Source: Horticoccus luteus (GTDB lineage Bacteria; Verrucomicrobiota; Verrucomicrobiia; Opitutales; Opitutaceae). From it: 32,000 nt of DNA. Position 1 is the first letter of the stretch. Every line of letters begins with the position of its first letter. The notes under the pieces were generated by a model. That model was not told where the DNA came from, searched no databases, and was given only the letters and a program-made list of their open reading frames with translations. Shown one piece after another: positions 1 through 8,701 of the stretch. The stretch is taken from assembly GCF_019464535.1 (NCBI RefSeq), contig NZ_CP080507.1, positions 420,001-452,000 of the forward strand. Reading direction: 5' to 3'. The position numbers and the translations under genes were made by a program.

Positions 1-1888
1 TCCAAAACGCGGCGCGGTAATTCTTGTGCAGCGTGGCGGCCCATGTCTCGAGTTCGCGGGCTTTCCCGGCGAGGCCGAAGGTGCGCAACGCCGGCGCGAG
101 TGCCTGCAGCGCGCTGTAGAGAATCGCGTTGGCGAGGGCGTCCTTCCAACCGAACGAAATGACGTCATACCAGCACGTGCTCCACTGTCCGGTGCCGCTG
201 ACGCCGGTGCGATATGCGCTCTCGATCAAGCCATCGCCATCGAGGTCGCGGCCGCGGGCGTCGTCGATGCGGCGCAGGATCGCGGTGCGGTATTTCTTGA
301 ACCACGCGGCGTCGGCGTGGCGCCGGAGATAATCGCCGAGGCCGCGGAGGGCGGCGGTGCCGGTCATGAGGTATTCGTCGGCGGCGTCGTGACTCACGCC
401 GTCTTGCAACAGCCGGCCGGCGGCGTAGCCCGGACCGCCCGTGAGCCAGCGTTCAAGCGAGTAACGGACGAGCTCCGTCGCGCGGAAGTCCGGCAGAATC
501 TCGCCCATCGGTTCCGTGACCGCCGACCAGGTATCGAGACAGATCGGGCAGTGCATCGAAGCGCCGTTATTGCTGAGCGTGCCGGTGTCGGCGCGCAGCG
601 TGAGGGCCGTGAAGAAGGTGCGTTCGACGGCGCGTTTGACCACGGCGGGCACGCTGGCGCGCAGGCGCGGCGAGGGCTTGACGGGCCGCACGGTGACGGT
701 GGCTTTGAATTTCCCCTTGGGCAGCAAGTAAAGGCCTTCGCGGGTGCGGCGCTCGCCGAGGTGCAGCTCGAGGAGGTTCATGTCGTGACTGCGGAAACAG
801 TCGCTGCGCGCGAAAATATCGCCGGTCTGCGCGGCGATCTCGAGCGTGCCGAAACGGGGGAAGTTGAGCAGCAGCGGCAGTTCCAGCGCACCCGCTTCGC
901 CCTCGCGACAGAGCCGGCCGAGCGCGGCGGTGGGCGCGGCGCTGTTGCGCAGGCCGATGGTCCAGATCGAGCTGAGCCACGCGAGGGAATCGCGCGAACC
1001 GTGGCGTTCGGCCTCAAGCGTGAGGCCCCGCGGCGTGACGGTCCAGATGAGCCGGTAACGCTGCGCGGCGGTCGTGAAATCGTAAGCGATGCGGTTGCCC
1101 TGCACGCGGCACGTGCCGTCGATGTCGCAGCGCACGGCGGGAATCATCACCGGCGCGGCGCCGACTTCGTGCAACTGCGGGCCTTGGAAAAACAGCGCGG
1201 GTTCGCTGACGAGAAGATTGGTGCCGGCGTGGGCGGCATCCTCGGTGTGCAGGCCGAAAAACGTGAAGCCCGGGCGCGAAAGATAAAAGCCGACCTCGAA
1301 GTCGCGCGTGCGGTAGCGCACCTGGCCATCGTGCAGCGTCGCGGTCACGCCCTTCGGTTGCCGCGCGAGGGAAAACGCGTCGAGCGCGAGCAGGTTTTCG
1401 CGGCGCGGCCCGCGGGGATCGATCAGCTCGCCCTCGAGCGTAAACGCCGAGAGCGCGAGATTCCACGGGGTCCAGCCGTCGTCGATGCCCGACCGGCGCA
1501 CCTCGATCGACACGGCGGTTGTTTCCACGCCGCCGAGTTCGAACCAGAGCGTTTCGCCGTCGGCGGGTTGCCGGACTTCCGGCAGATGGAGCGCCACGGT
1601 CCAGCGGTTCTCGCGAAACACGAGCAGGCGCAGCGCAGTGACCCAATCGAGATCCTGGCGGCTGCCGCACTTGTGATAGCCGGGGCCTTTGCGCACCCCG
1701 AGCCGGTGCAACTTCGCCCGGCCGTGGAGCCGCAGCACGCGGCTGTGGATGATGCGCCGGTCGGGCGCATCGACCTCCTCGGCGAGCGGCGTCGTCCACA
1801 ATGCGCGCCCGGCGGCGAAGCGGGCGTTGGTGAAGAGATCGCCCATCGGCGGTTCGAGATCGTTCAACGCGAGGAGGTCTTGGATCAT
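1..1888 (-). CDS. (alpha/alpha)6-barrel glycoside-hydrolase-like protein; partial, C-terminal end lies beyond the left edge (about 629 aa visible)
   Basis: Absent from the ORF track because the frame runs off the window. My own minus-strand translation starts at the ATG (complement of 1886-1888): MIQDLLALNDLEPPMGDLFTNARF...RDLDGDGLIESAYRTGVSGTGQWSTCWYDVISFGWKDALANAILYSALQAL...HKNYRAAFW. The frame stays open down to position 2 and has normal amino-acid composition. The plus-strand ORF over the same DNA is Ala/Arg/Gly-rich shadow. The DGDGLIE...WYD...NA.LYSAL segment is typical of six-hairpin glycosidases. The family cannot be assigned by eye. Confidence 0.6.
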   Translation of the reverse strand, partial: MIQDLLALNDLEPPMGDLFTNARFAAGRALWTTPLAEEVDAPDRRIIHSRVLRLHGRAKLHRLGVRKGPGYHKCGSRQDLDWVTALRLLVFRENRWTVALHLPEVRQPADGETLWFELGGVETTAVSIEVRRSGIDDGWTPWNLALSAFTLEGELIDPRGPRRENLLALDAFSLARQPKGVTATLHDGQVRYRTRDFEVGFYLSRPGFTFFGLHTEDAAHAGTNLLVSEPALFFQGPQLHEVGAAPVMIPAVRCDIDGTCRVQGNRIAYDFTTAAQRYRLIWTVTPRGLTLEAERHGSRDSLAWLSSIWTIGLRNSAAPTAALGRLCREGEAGALELPLLLNFPRFGTLEIAAQTGDIFARSDCFRSHDMNLLELHLGERRTREGLYLLPKGKFKATVTVRPVKPSPRLRASVPAVVKRAVERTFFTALTLRADTGTLSNNGASMHCPICLDTWSAVTEPMGEILPDFRATELVRYSLERWLTGGPGYAAGRLLQDGVSHDAADEYLMTGTAALRGLGDYLRRHADAAWFKKYRTAILRRIDDARGRDLDGDGLIESAYRTGVSGTGQWSTCWYDVISFGWKDALANAILYSALQALAPALRTFGLAGKARELETWAATLHKNYRAAFW

Positions 1889-2110
1889 GGCGCGTCGATA
1901 GACCGGTGTTTGGGGTCCGCGGGCAAACGCAATCACGCTGCGCGAGGAGTTAGCGCGGGCGATTATGCGACATCAGCGCGGGATTTATGGGGGCTGAGTT
2001 GTCGCCCATCGCGTCTTCCGCGCCGATCGTGCGCCGGGCGGTCTGACCGTCCGCTGCGAAAGCCGAATTTCCGACGCGACTCGCGGGGCAGCGGCGCCAA
2101 GGATTTTCGC

Positions 2111-3133
2111 ATGCCTTATCTTCCCTCGTCCGCGCGCTATGAGAACCCCGGAATGTATCGCCGTTGTGGTCGCAGCGGTCTGCAGCTGCCGCTGATCTCC
2201 CTGGGGCTGTGGCACAATTTTGGCGGCGTGGATGTTTACGAAAACGGCCGCGCGATCGTGCGCCGCGCCTTCGATCTGGGCATCACGCATTTCGATCTGG
2301 CGAACAACTACGGACCGCCGCCGGGCTCCGCGGAGGAGAATTTCGGCCGGATGTTGCGCACTGATTTCGCAGCGCATCGCGACGAACTCATCATTTCCAC
2401 CAAAGCCGGTTACGGCATGTGGGCGGGGCCCTATGGCGACGGCGGTTCGCGCAAATACGTGCTCGCGAGCCTCGATCAAAGTCTGGCGCGCCTCGGCCTC
2501 GACTACGTGGATATTTTCTATTCGCACCGACCCGATCCGGCGACGCCGATCGAGGAAACGATGGGCGCGCTCGCCCACGCCGTGCGGAGCGGGAAAGCGC
2601 TCTACGTCGGCCTCTCGAATTACAACGCGGAGCAGACCGCACGGGCGGCGCAGGTGCTGCGCGAACTCGGCACGCCGCTGTTGATCCACCAGCCGCGTTA
2701 CCACATGTTTGAACGCGCGCCGGAAGCGGGCTTGTTCGAGCGCCTGCAGGCGGAAGGGGCGGGCGCGATTCCGTATTGCCCGCTCGCGCAGGGGCTCTTG
2801 ACGAACCGTTATCTCGGCGGGATTCCGGACGACGCGCGCGCCGCGAAGCCGCACGGGTTTTTGAAGGCGGACCGCATCACGCCCGCTGTGCTGGAAAAAA
2901 TCAGCGCGCTCGATGCGCTCGCCCGCGCCCGCGGCCAATCGCTGGCGCAGATGGCGCTCGCGTGGGTGCTGCGCCAGCCGGCGGTGACGACCGCGTTGAT
3001 CGGCGCCAGCAAGATCAGCCAGCTCGAGGATAACGTGAAAGCGATCGAGACTCTCGCGTTTTCGCCCGACGAACTCGCCCGAATCGACGCCATTCTCAAC
3101 GAAGCGGGACGCGGCCAATCGCAGCCCAAATAG
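2111..3133 (+). CDS. gpr: Aldo-keto reductase, YghZ/Gpr type (L-glyceraldehyde-3-phosphate reductase-like)
   Basis: This is the C-terminal 340 aa of the 1035-aa track ORF, starting at the in-frame ATG at 2111 (MPYLPSSARYENPGMYRRCGRSGLQLPLISLGLWHNFG...). Long stretches are near-identical to E. coli YghZ as I recall it (DLGITHFDLANNYGPPPGSAEENFGR, DELIISTKAGY, GGSRKY, DYVDIFYSHRPD, GKALYVG, LIHQP, QMALAW, ALIGAS). Confidence 0.9.
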   Translation: MPYLPSSARYENPGMYRRCGRSGLQLPLISLGLWHNFGGVDVYENGRAIVRRAFDLGITHFDLANNYGPPPGSAEENFGRMLRTDFAAHRDELIISTKAGYGMWAGPYGDGGSRKYVLASLDQSLARLGLDYVDIFYSHRPDPATPIEETMGALAHAVRSGKALYVGLSNYNAEQTARAAQVLRELGTPLLIHQPRYHMFERAPEAGLFERLQAEGAGAIPYCPLAQGLLTNRYLGGIPDDARAAKPHGFLKADRITPAVLEKISALDALARARGQSLAQMALAWVLRQPAVTTALIGASKISQLEDNVKAIETLAFSPDELARIDAILNEAGRGQSQPK

Positions 3134-3160
3134 GTAACAGTTGGGCATCCCCGGCGACGC

Positions 3161-3874
3161 GTGAATCTGATCCTGTTTGAGGCGCATGAAGTGGAGCGGC
3201 CGCTGGCGCGGGCGGATGCGCGGGCGCGGCATCTGCTGGACGTGCTGCGGCGGGGCGAGGGCGACGCGTTTGATGCGGGCGTGATCGACGGGCCGCGCGG
3301 CAAGGGCATCGTGCGGGAAATCGGCGCGGACGCGCTGCGGCTGGAGTTTGCGTGGGGCGCGCCGCCACCGGCGTTGTGGCCGATCACGCTGGTGCTGGGT
3401 CTGCCGCGACCGCAGACCGTGCGAAAAATTCTACAGGAGGCGACGGCGTTGGGCGTGGGTGAGCTCAGGTTTGTGACGAGCGAGCGCGGCGAGCCCGGCT
3501 ACGCGACGTCGACGGTGTGGCGCAGCGGCGAGTGGCGGCGGCATCTCATTGCGGGTGCGGAACAGGCGTTTTGCACGCGGTTGCCGCGTGTGCGCGCGGG
3601 CGAATCGCTGGCGACGGCGCTGGCCGCACTGCCGGGAGGCGGCGCGCGGGTGGCGCTCGATAACTACGAGTCGCCGGGCGCGTTGTCGGCGATGGATCTG
3701 GCAACGCCGCTGACGCTCGCCTTCGGGCCGGAGCGCGGCTGGTCCGCGGCGGAACGCACGGCGTTGCGGATGGCGGGTTTTGCGTTCGCGCATTTGGGCG
3801 AACGCGTGCTGCGCGCAGAAACGGCGGTCGTGGCAGCGGTAGCGATCGCGCGCGCGAAGCACGGGACGATGTGA
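3161..3874 (+). CDS. rsmE: 16S rRNA (uracil1498-N3)-methyltransferase RsmE
   Basis: 237-aa ORF with a GTG start. It shows the RsmE/SPOUT pattern: an N-terminal PUA-like part, then LVLGLPRPQTVRKILQEATALGV and the C-terminal knot region FGPERGWSAAE...LGERVLRAETA. Confidence 0.8.
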   Translation: MNLILFEAHEVERPLARADARARHLLDVLRRGEGDAFDAGVIDGPRGKGIVREIGADALRLEFAWGAPPPALWPITLVLGLPRPQTVRKILQEATALGVGELRFVTSERGEPGYATSTVWRSGEWRRHLIAGAEQAFCTRLPRVRAGESLATALAALPGGGARVALDNYESPGALSAMDLATPLTLAFGPERGWSAAERTALRMAGFAFAHLGERVLRAETAVVAAVAIARAKHGTM

Positions 3875-3935
3875 ATCGCGCGCGGCGGTTGAAGGCTGGC
3901 GACGCCCGAGGGGCGGCGGGCGCACGTGAGAGGCG

Positions 3936-4502
3936 TCAAACCGTGGGCGAGAAAAACGCGACGGTGGGCTGGTGGGCGCCTTTGCCGAGGCGCTTGCGCA
4001 ACGTCCAGCCGGCCGGCGCGAGTTCGAGTTCGCCGGGCGATTCAAAGACGACGAGCGCGTCGGGTTTCGCGACGAGGGCATCGGCGAGGCGCGCAAAAAG
4101 TGCGGGTGCGAGCTCGGCGATCAACTCGTAGGGCGGATCGATGAACACGAGGTCGGGCGTTTCGTCAGGGGCGAGAGCGAAGCTGAGGGCATCCATTTGC
4201 CGCACGCTCGCGACGGACGCGGAGACGCCCGTGCTCTTGCAGACCGCGGCGAGATTTTGGCGGACGCAGGCAGCGGCTTTCGCGTTTTTCTCGATGAACA
4301 CGCCGCCGGCGGCGCCGCGGCTGATGGCTTCGAGGCCGTAAGCGCCGCTGCCGGCGAACAAATCCAGGAAACGCGCGCCGGGCACGCGAGCCCCGAGGCT
4401 CGAGAACACCGCCTGGCGCATGCCGTCGGTGGCGGGCCGCACGGCGTCGCCGCGGGGGACGCTGAGCGGAATGCCGCGCGCGGCGCCGCCGCTTATGCGC
4501 AT
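3936..4502 (-). CDS. rsmD: 16S rRNA (guanine966-N2)-methyltransferase RsmD
   Basis: Track ORF 3936..4628 trimmed to the internal ATG at 4502. This gives the canonical RsmD N-terminus MRISGGAARGIPLSVPRGDAVRPATDGMRQAVFSSLG, followed by the SAM motif FLDLFAGSGAYGLEAISRGA and the DPPY motif (FIDPPYE). Confidence 0.85.
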   Translation of the reverse strand: MRISGGAARGIPLSVPRGDAVRPATDGMRQAVFSSLGARVPGARFLDLFAGSGAYGLEAISRGAAGGVFIEKNAKAAACVRQNLAAVCKSTGVSASVASVRQMDALSFALAPDETPDLVFIDPPYELIAELAPALFARLADALVAKPDALVVFESPGELELAPAGWTLRKRLGKGAHQPTVAFFSPTV

Positions 4503-4560
4503 GGGGACTCGCTCCAGCGAGGCAGTTGCGGCGCGCGGTTTTCGGCGTTCATCTGCGCGG

Positions 4561-5541
4561 ATGTCAGGCGCGGTTTCGGACCACTTCAACGGGAAAACGT
4601 TTTTCAATCGCGACCACGTGAACCGCACGTGGCGCGATGTGTGGCGCTGGCGGCGGACGAGCCGGCCGACGCCGTGGCCGAAGGCGTTGCCGGCAGTCGT
4701 CGTGCCGCCGCCGCCGCGTCCGCGCGTGGGCGTCGCCGCGACCTGGATCGGGCATGCGACATTTTTGGCGCAGGCGCGGGAGGTGGCGTTGCTGACCGAT
4801 CCGCATTTTGGGGTGCGCTGTGGCCCTTTCGACCTCGTCGGTCCGCGCCGGGTGCGCCCGCCGGCGATCGCGTTGGCCGACCTGCCGCGGATCGACGCCG
4901 TGCTGCTGACGCACGATCATTACGATCATTGTCACCTGCCGTCTCTGCGCGCGCTGGTGCGGCGCGACGATCCGGTGGTGATGGCGCCCTTGGGGCATCA
5001 CGCGTTGCTGGGCCGGGCGGGCGTGAAGCGCCTCGTCGAGCTGGATTGGTGGCAGGAGCTGGTGCTCGGCAACGGCGTGCGCGTGACGCTCACGCCGGCG
5101 CGGCATTGGAGCAACCGGCTCTCCGGGCGGCGCAATGGCCGGTTGTGGGGCGGGTTCTTCGTGCGCGGGGACGACTGGACGTTGTGGGATGCGGGCGACA
5201 CGGGCTATGACGCGGAGATTTTCGGGCAGATCCGGCAACGCTTGGGTGCGCCCGACCTGGCACTGATTCCGATTGGCGCCTATGAGCCGCGGTGGTTCAT
5301 GGCACCCCAGCACTGCAATCCAGCCGAGGCCGTGCAAATCCATCGAGCGGTGGGGGCTGCGACGAGTGTGGCGATGCACTGGGGTACGTGGCAGTTGACG
5401 GACGAAGGGTGGGACGAACCGCCGCGGGCGCTGGCGGCGGCGCGGTTGGCGGCCGGCGTGCCGGAAGAGGCGTTTCGCGTGCTGCAACCTGGGGCGACGG
5501 TGCAGAGCAAGCGGAACCCGCCGGACATCCTGCGGTTCTGA
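4561..5541 (+). CDS. MBL-fold metallo-hydrolase, NAPE-PLD-like (COG2220-type) branch
   Basis: Track ORF 4420..5541 trimmed to the ATG at 4561 (MSGAVSDHFNGKTFFN...). It carries the metal-binding motif LLTHDHYDHCH, plus WIGHATFL and a late HWGTW histidine. Divergent from rsmD with a 58-bp spacer. Confidence 0.75.
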   Translation: MSGAVSDHFNGKTFFNRDHVNRTWRDVWRWRRTSRPTPWPKALPAVVVPPPPRPRVGVAATWIGHATFLAQAREVALLTDPHFGVRCGPFDLVGPRRVRPPAIALADLPRIDAVLLTHDHYDHCHLPSLRALVRRDDPVVMAPLGHHALLGRAGVKRLVELDWWQELVLGNGVRVTLTPARHWSNRLSGRRNGRLWGGFFVRGDDWTLWDAGDTGYDAEIFGQIRQRLGAPDLALIPIGAYEPRWFMAPQHCNPAEAVQIHRAVGAATSVAMHWGTWQLTDEGWDEPPRALAAARLAAGVPEEAFRVLQPGATVQSKRNPPDILRF

Positions 5542-5550
5542 ACGTAACGT

Positions 5551-5578
5551 TTGCACCCGTGAACAACCGCACTATTGT
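5551..5578 (+). promoter_or_regulatory. Candidate sigma70-type promoter for the WP-repeat/mlaEFD operon
   Basis: TTGCAC (5551-5556), a 16-nt spacer, then TATTGT (5573-5578). It lies in the 85-100 nt gap after the MBL hydrolase stop and upstream of the candidate starts at 5594/5627/5642. Motif match only. Confidence 0.3.
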
Positions 5579-5626
5579 CGTTCGCTCGATGCCTTGGACG
5601 CGGCTTTGACCCCCGCGGCCAGGAGG

Positions 5627-7138
5627 ATGCCAGCCAACACCATGCCACACTTTCGCCGCCTGCTTTTGCTCGGGCTGGCCGTCGCGCTCTTGCTGCGCGC
5701 CGGGGCGGAGGAGCGCGAACGCAACGTGTGGCCGTTCTGGGTCGCGCAGGCGGACGTCGCCACCGACGAGGTGACGTCATGGCATTCGATGGGGCCGCTG
5801 GTCTTCAAAAAGCCGGCGCCGGCGACGGATGTCGACGAGAGCAAGACGATCTCGGGCGTGCGGCCGTTTTGGGTCGCGTGGCGCGATGGCAACGGGGAAA
5901 TCAGAAACGCGACGGTGCTTTATCCGCTGTGGTTTTATCGCGGCGACCGCGATGCCTACCAGTGGAGCATTTTCAATCTCATCAATCATTCGCGGTATCG
6001 GGCGGGAGTCACGCCGGCGGGGGACAAGATTCGCGACAACCACTTCGATCTGTGGCCGATCTATTTCTCGCGCGACACGGGTTCGCCGGAGAGCAGTTAT
6101 CACGCGGTGTTTCCCATCTACGGGCGGGTGCCGAGCCGGTTCTTCAAGGACGAAGTCGAATGGGTGCTGTTTCCGTTCTATTTCCACACGGTCAAGAAGG
6201 ACACGGCGAACACCTGGACGCCGTGGCCGTTTGTGCGGGTGACGACGGGGGGCGAACACGGCTTTGCGCTTTGGCCGTTGTTCGGGTTCAGCACGCGGCC
6301 GGGCGAATCCCGGCAACAGTATTATCTTTGGCCGCTGATTTATAACAGCCACTCCAAGCTGTCGCAGCCGGTGCCAAGCGTGCAGCAGGGTTTTCTGCCG
6401 TTTTATACGCGGCAGACGAGCGCCCAGGTGCGCAGCGAAAATTTCCTCTGGCCGTTCTTCGGCTACACCGATCGCTCGGCGCCGTACCGCTACCACGAGC
6501 AACGTTATTTCTGGCCGTTTCTCGTGCAGGGGCGCGGCGAGGATCATTACGTGAACCGCTGGGGGCCGTTTTACACGCATTCGAACATCAAGGGCTTCGA
6601 CAAGAAATGGTATTTGTGGCCCTTCGTGCGGCACGCGGAGTGGCAGGACGGGCCGTTGATTCAGGAGCGCGACCAGTTCCTGTATTTTCTCTACCGGGCG
6701 CAGAAGCAGCGCAGCGCCACGAACCCGAATCTGCCGATCGCGGCGAAGCGAAATTTCTGGCCGCTGCTCAGCACGTGGAGCAACGGCGCGGGCCGGCGGC
6801 AGGTGGAGTTTCCCAGTCCGCTGGAGGTTTTCTTCCCGGACAATGAACGCGTGCGCGAGAGCTGGACGCCGCTGTTCGCACTTTATCGTTACGACCAACG
6901 TGCGCCGGGCCGCGTGCGCCATGAATTTCTTTGGGGTGCGATCACTTACCGGAAGACGCCGGACCGACGGGAGTTTCACGTCGGCCCGTTGTTCAGCACG
7001 GAGAAAACGCCCGGCCACCGCCGCATCGCGATCGGCAACGGTCTCGTGGGCCTGCGGCGCGATGAGGGACGCTGGCGGCTGTTCTGGTTCGATTTTCCCT
7101 CGAAACAAGCCAAGATGAACGCTTCGCCGTCCCGCTGA
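5627..7138 (+). CDS. Secreted/envelope repeat protein of unknown function with about 17 copies of an aromatic-Pro-aromatic (WPF/WPL-type) motif
   Basis: Long ORF with normal composition. Candidate starts are TTG 5594, ATG 5627 and ATG 5642. A Sec-type signal peptide follows (MPHFRRLLLLGLAVALLLRAGA/EERE). The motif recurs throughout: VWPFW, RPFW, YPLWF, LWPIY, VFPIY, LFPFY, PWPFV, LWPLF, LWPLI, FLPFY, LWPFF, FWPFL, WGPFY, LWPFV, FWPLL, WTPLF, VGPLF. The stop TGA (7136-7138) lies 1 nt before the mlaE ATG (7140). I recognise no named family. Confidence 0.8.
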   Translation: MPANTMPHFRRLLLLGLAVALLLRAGAEERERNVWPFWVAQADVATDEVTSWHSMGPLVFKKPAPATDVDESKTISGVRPFWVAWRDGNGEIRNATVLYPLWFYRGDRDAYQWSIFNLINHSRYRAGVTPAGDKIRDNHFDLWPIYFSRDTGSPESSYHAVFPIYGRVPSRFFKDEVEWVLFPFYFHTVKKDTANTWTPWPFVRVTTGGEHGFALWPLFGFSTRPGESRQQYYLWPLIYNSHSKLSQPVPSVQQGFLPFYTRQTSAQVRSENFLWPFFGYTDRSAPYRYHEQRYFWPFLVQGRGEDHYVNRWGPFYTHSNIKGFDKKWYLWPFVRHAEWQDGPLIQERDQFLYFLYRAQKQRSATNPNLPIAAKRNFWPLLSTWSNGAGRRQVEFPSPLEVFFPDNERVRESWTPLFALYRYDQRAPGRVRHEFLWGAITYRKTPDRREFHVGPLFSTEKTPGHRRIAIGNGLVGLRRDEGRWRLFWFDFPSKQAKMNASPSR

Positions 7139-7139
7139 T

Positions 7140-7892
7140 ATGCGCCAACTCACCTCCATCCTCGAAGGCATCGGCAGCACGGTGCAGCTCTTTTTGCAGG
7201 CGATGCGCTATGCGGGCACGCTGCCCCGGCAATCGGCGCGGTTCATCGACCAGTGCTACATGATCGGTTATTCCACGCTGCCGATCGTGGCGATCCTGAG
7301 TTTCTTCATCGGCAGTGTGCTCGCGTTGCAGGCGGGTTATTCGATGCAGAATTTCGGGGCCAAGCAGTTCATCGGGTCGCTCGTGGGTCTGTCGATGGCG
7401 CGCGAACTCGGGCCGGTGATGGTGGCGATTCTCCTCGCCGGGCGGGTGGGCTCCGCGATCACGGCGGAGCTGGCGAGCATGAAAGTTTACCAGGAGATCG
7501 ATGCGTTGGAGACGATGAACATCCCGCCGGCGCGCATGCTGGTGCTGCCGCGGCTCGCGGCGACGCTGGTGATGGTACCGGTGCTGGCGATCGTGGCCAA
7601 TCTCGTGGGCTGGTTCGGCGGCGCGGTGATTTCGAAATTCGTGCATTTCATCGCCATCGACCCGGAAGGTTACTTCGCGGCGTTGCGGCGGTTCATGGAA
7701 TTCAAGGATGTGTTGAACGGCTTGATCAAAGCGGAGGTGTTTGGCTTCGGCGTGGTGCTCGTCTGCTGCAACATCGGCCTGCGCACGCGCGGCGGTCCGC
7801 GCGAAATCGGCGCGTCGGTCACGCGGGCGGTGGTGGTGTCTCTCATTCTCATCCTCGTGCTCGATTACTTCGTCACGAAGGCGCTCATGTAA
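7140..7892 (+). CDS. mlaE: Mla-type ABC transporter permease (MlaE family)
   Basis: 250-aa polytopic membrane protein with the MlaE/DUF140 hallmarks: LPIVAILSFFIGSVLALQ, ARELGPVMVAILLAGRVGSAITAELASMKVYQEIDALETM and FGFGVVLVCC. Confidence 0.88.
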   Translation: MRQLTSILEGIGSTVQLFLQAMRYAGTLPRQSARFIDQCYMIGYSTLPIVAILSFFIGSVLALQAGYSMQNFGAKQFIGSLVGLSMARELGPVMVAILLAGRVGSAITAELASMKVYQEIDALETMNIPPARMLVLPRLAATLVMVPVLAIVANLVGWFGGAVISKFVHFIAIDPEGYFAALRRFMEFKDVLNGLIKAEVFGFGVVLVCCNIGLRTRGGPREIGASVTRAVVVSLILILVLDYFVTKALM

Positions 7893-7900
7893 GGTTTACC

Positions 7901-8698
7901 ATGTCGACGACCCGCAATCCATTCACCTCCGAAGAGAGTCCGGCCGCCGGCGTGGTGATCGAAGATCTCTCGAAAAATTTCGGCGACCACGAGGTGTTGA
8001 AACACATCAGCCTGCGCGTGGAGCCGGGCGAAATTTTCGTGTTGATGGGCCCCAGTGGTTCGGGGAAGAGCGTGCTCTTGAAGCACATCGTCGGACTCGA
8101 GGAGGCGACGTCGGGGCGGGTGCTCGTGGATTGCCGCGATGCGAACAACGAAGAGACGCGCGAGAAGGTGCGCATGGCGCTGGTGTTTCAGGCGGGGGCG
8201 CTCTTCAACTCCATGACGGTTTACGACAACCTCGCGCTGTATCCGCGCGAGCACCGCATCGCGACCGAGGCCGGCATCCGCGAAAAGGTGGAGCGGGCGT
8301 TGCAAATCCTCTCGTTGGAAGACACCGCGAGCAAGTTTCCCTCCGAGTTGTCGGGCGGCATGCGCAAGCGCGTCGCGATCGCCCGCGCGCTGGTGATGGA
8401 GCCGCAGTTGCTGCTCTATGACGAGCCGACCAGCGAACTCGATCCGGTGATGGCGGCGAGCATCAGCGAAATCATCGGCACGCTGCGCGATGAATATCAT
8501 GTGACCTCCATCGTGGTCTCCCACGATCGCGACCTGGCGTTGAGCATCGCTGACCGCGTCGGACTGCTGATGGACGGTGAACTGATCGCCTTGGAGACCC
8601 CGACGGAAATGCGCGCTTCGAAGGATCCGCGCGTGATCGACTTTCTCAATCCACGCATCGACGTGAAAAATCCCCGTTTCAAGAAATTGGAGACCTGA
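7901..8698 (+). CDS. mlaF: Mla-type ABC transporter ATP-binding protein (MlaF family)
   Basis: In-frame ATG at 7901 within track ORF 7253..8698 (MSTTRNPFTSEE...). It has Walker A GPSGSGKS, the ABC signature LSGGMRKRVAIARAL, Walker B LLLYDEPTSELD and the H-loop VVSHD. It starts 8 nt after the mlaE stop. Confidence 0.9.
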   Translation: MSTTRNPFTSEESPAAGVVIEDLSKNFGDHEVLKHISLRVEPGEIFVLMGPSGSGKSVLLKHIVGLEEATSGRVLVDCRDANNEETREKVRMALVFQAGALFNSMTVYDNLALYPREHRIATEAGIREKVERALQILSLEDTASKFPSELSGGMRKRVAIARALVMEPQLLLYDEPTSELDPVMAASISEIIGTLRDEYHVTSIVVSHDRDLALSIADRVGLLMDGELIALETPTEMRASKDPRVIDFLNPRIDVKNPRFKKLET

Positions 8699-8701
8699 AC
8701 C

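Noticed and set aside
26-2110. N-terminal two-thirds of the 1035-aa plus-strand ORF
   Set aside because: The composition (runs of A/R/G/E, almost no K/N/Y/F/W/I) is typical of an antisense shadow ORF in GC-rich DNA. The opposite strand encodes a well-formed glycosidase-like protein. The genuine AKR starts at the internal ATG at 2111.
3972-5210. 412-aa plus-strand ORF overlapping rsmD and the MBL hydrolase
   Set aside because: The sequence is low-complexity and Arg/Ala/Gly-rich. It is antisense to rsmD and out of frame with the MBL hydrolase, both of which have clear family motifs.
5777-7180. 467-aa minus-strand ORF
   Set aside because: It is antisense to the WP-repeat gene, Arg/Pro-rich, and has no motifs.
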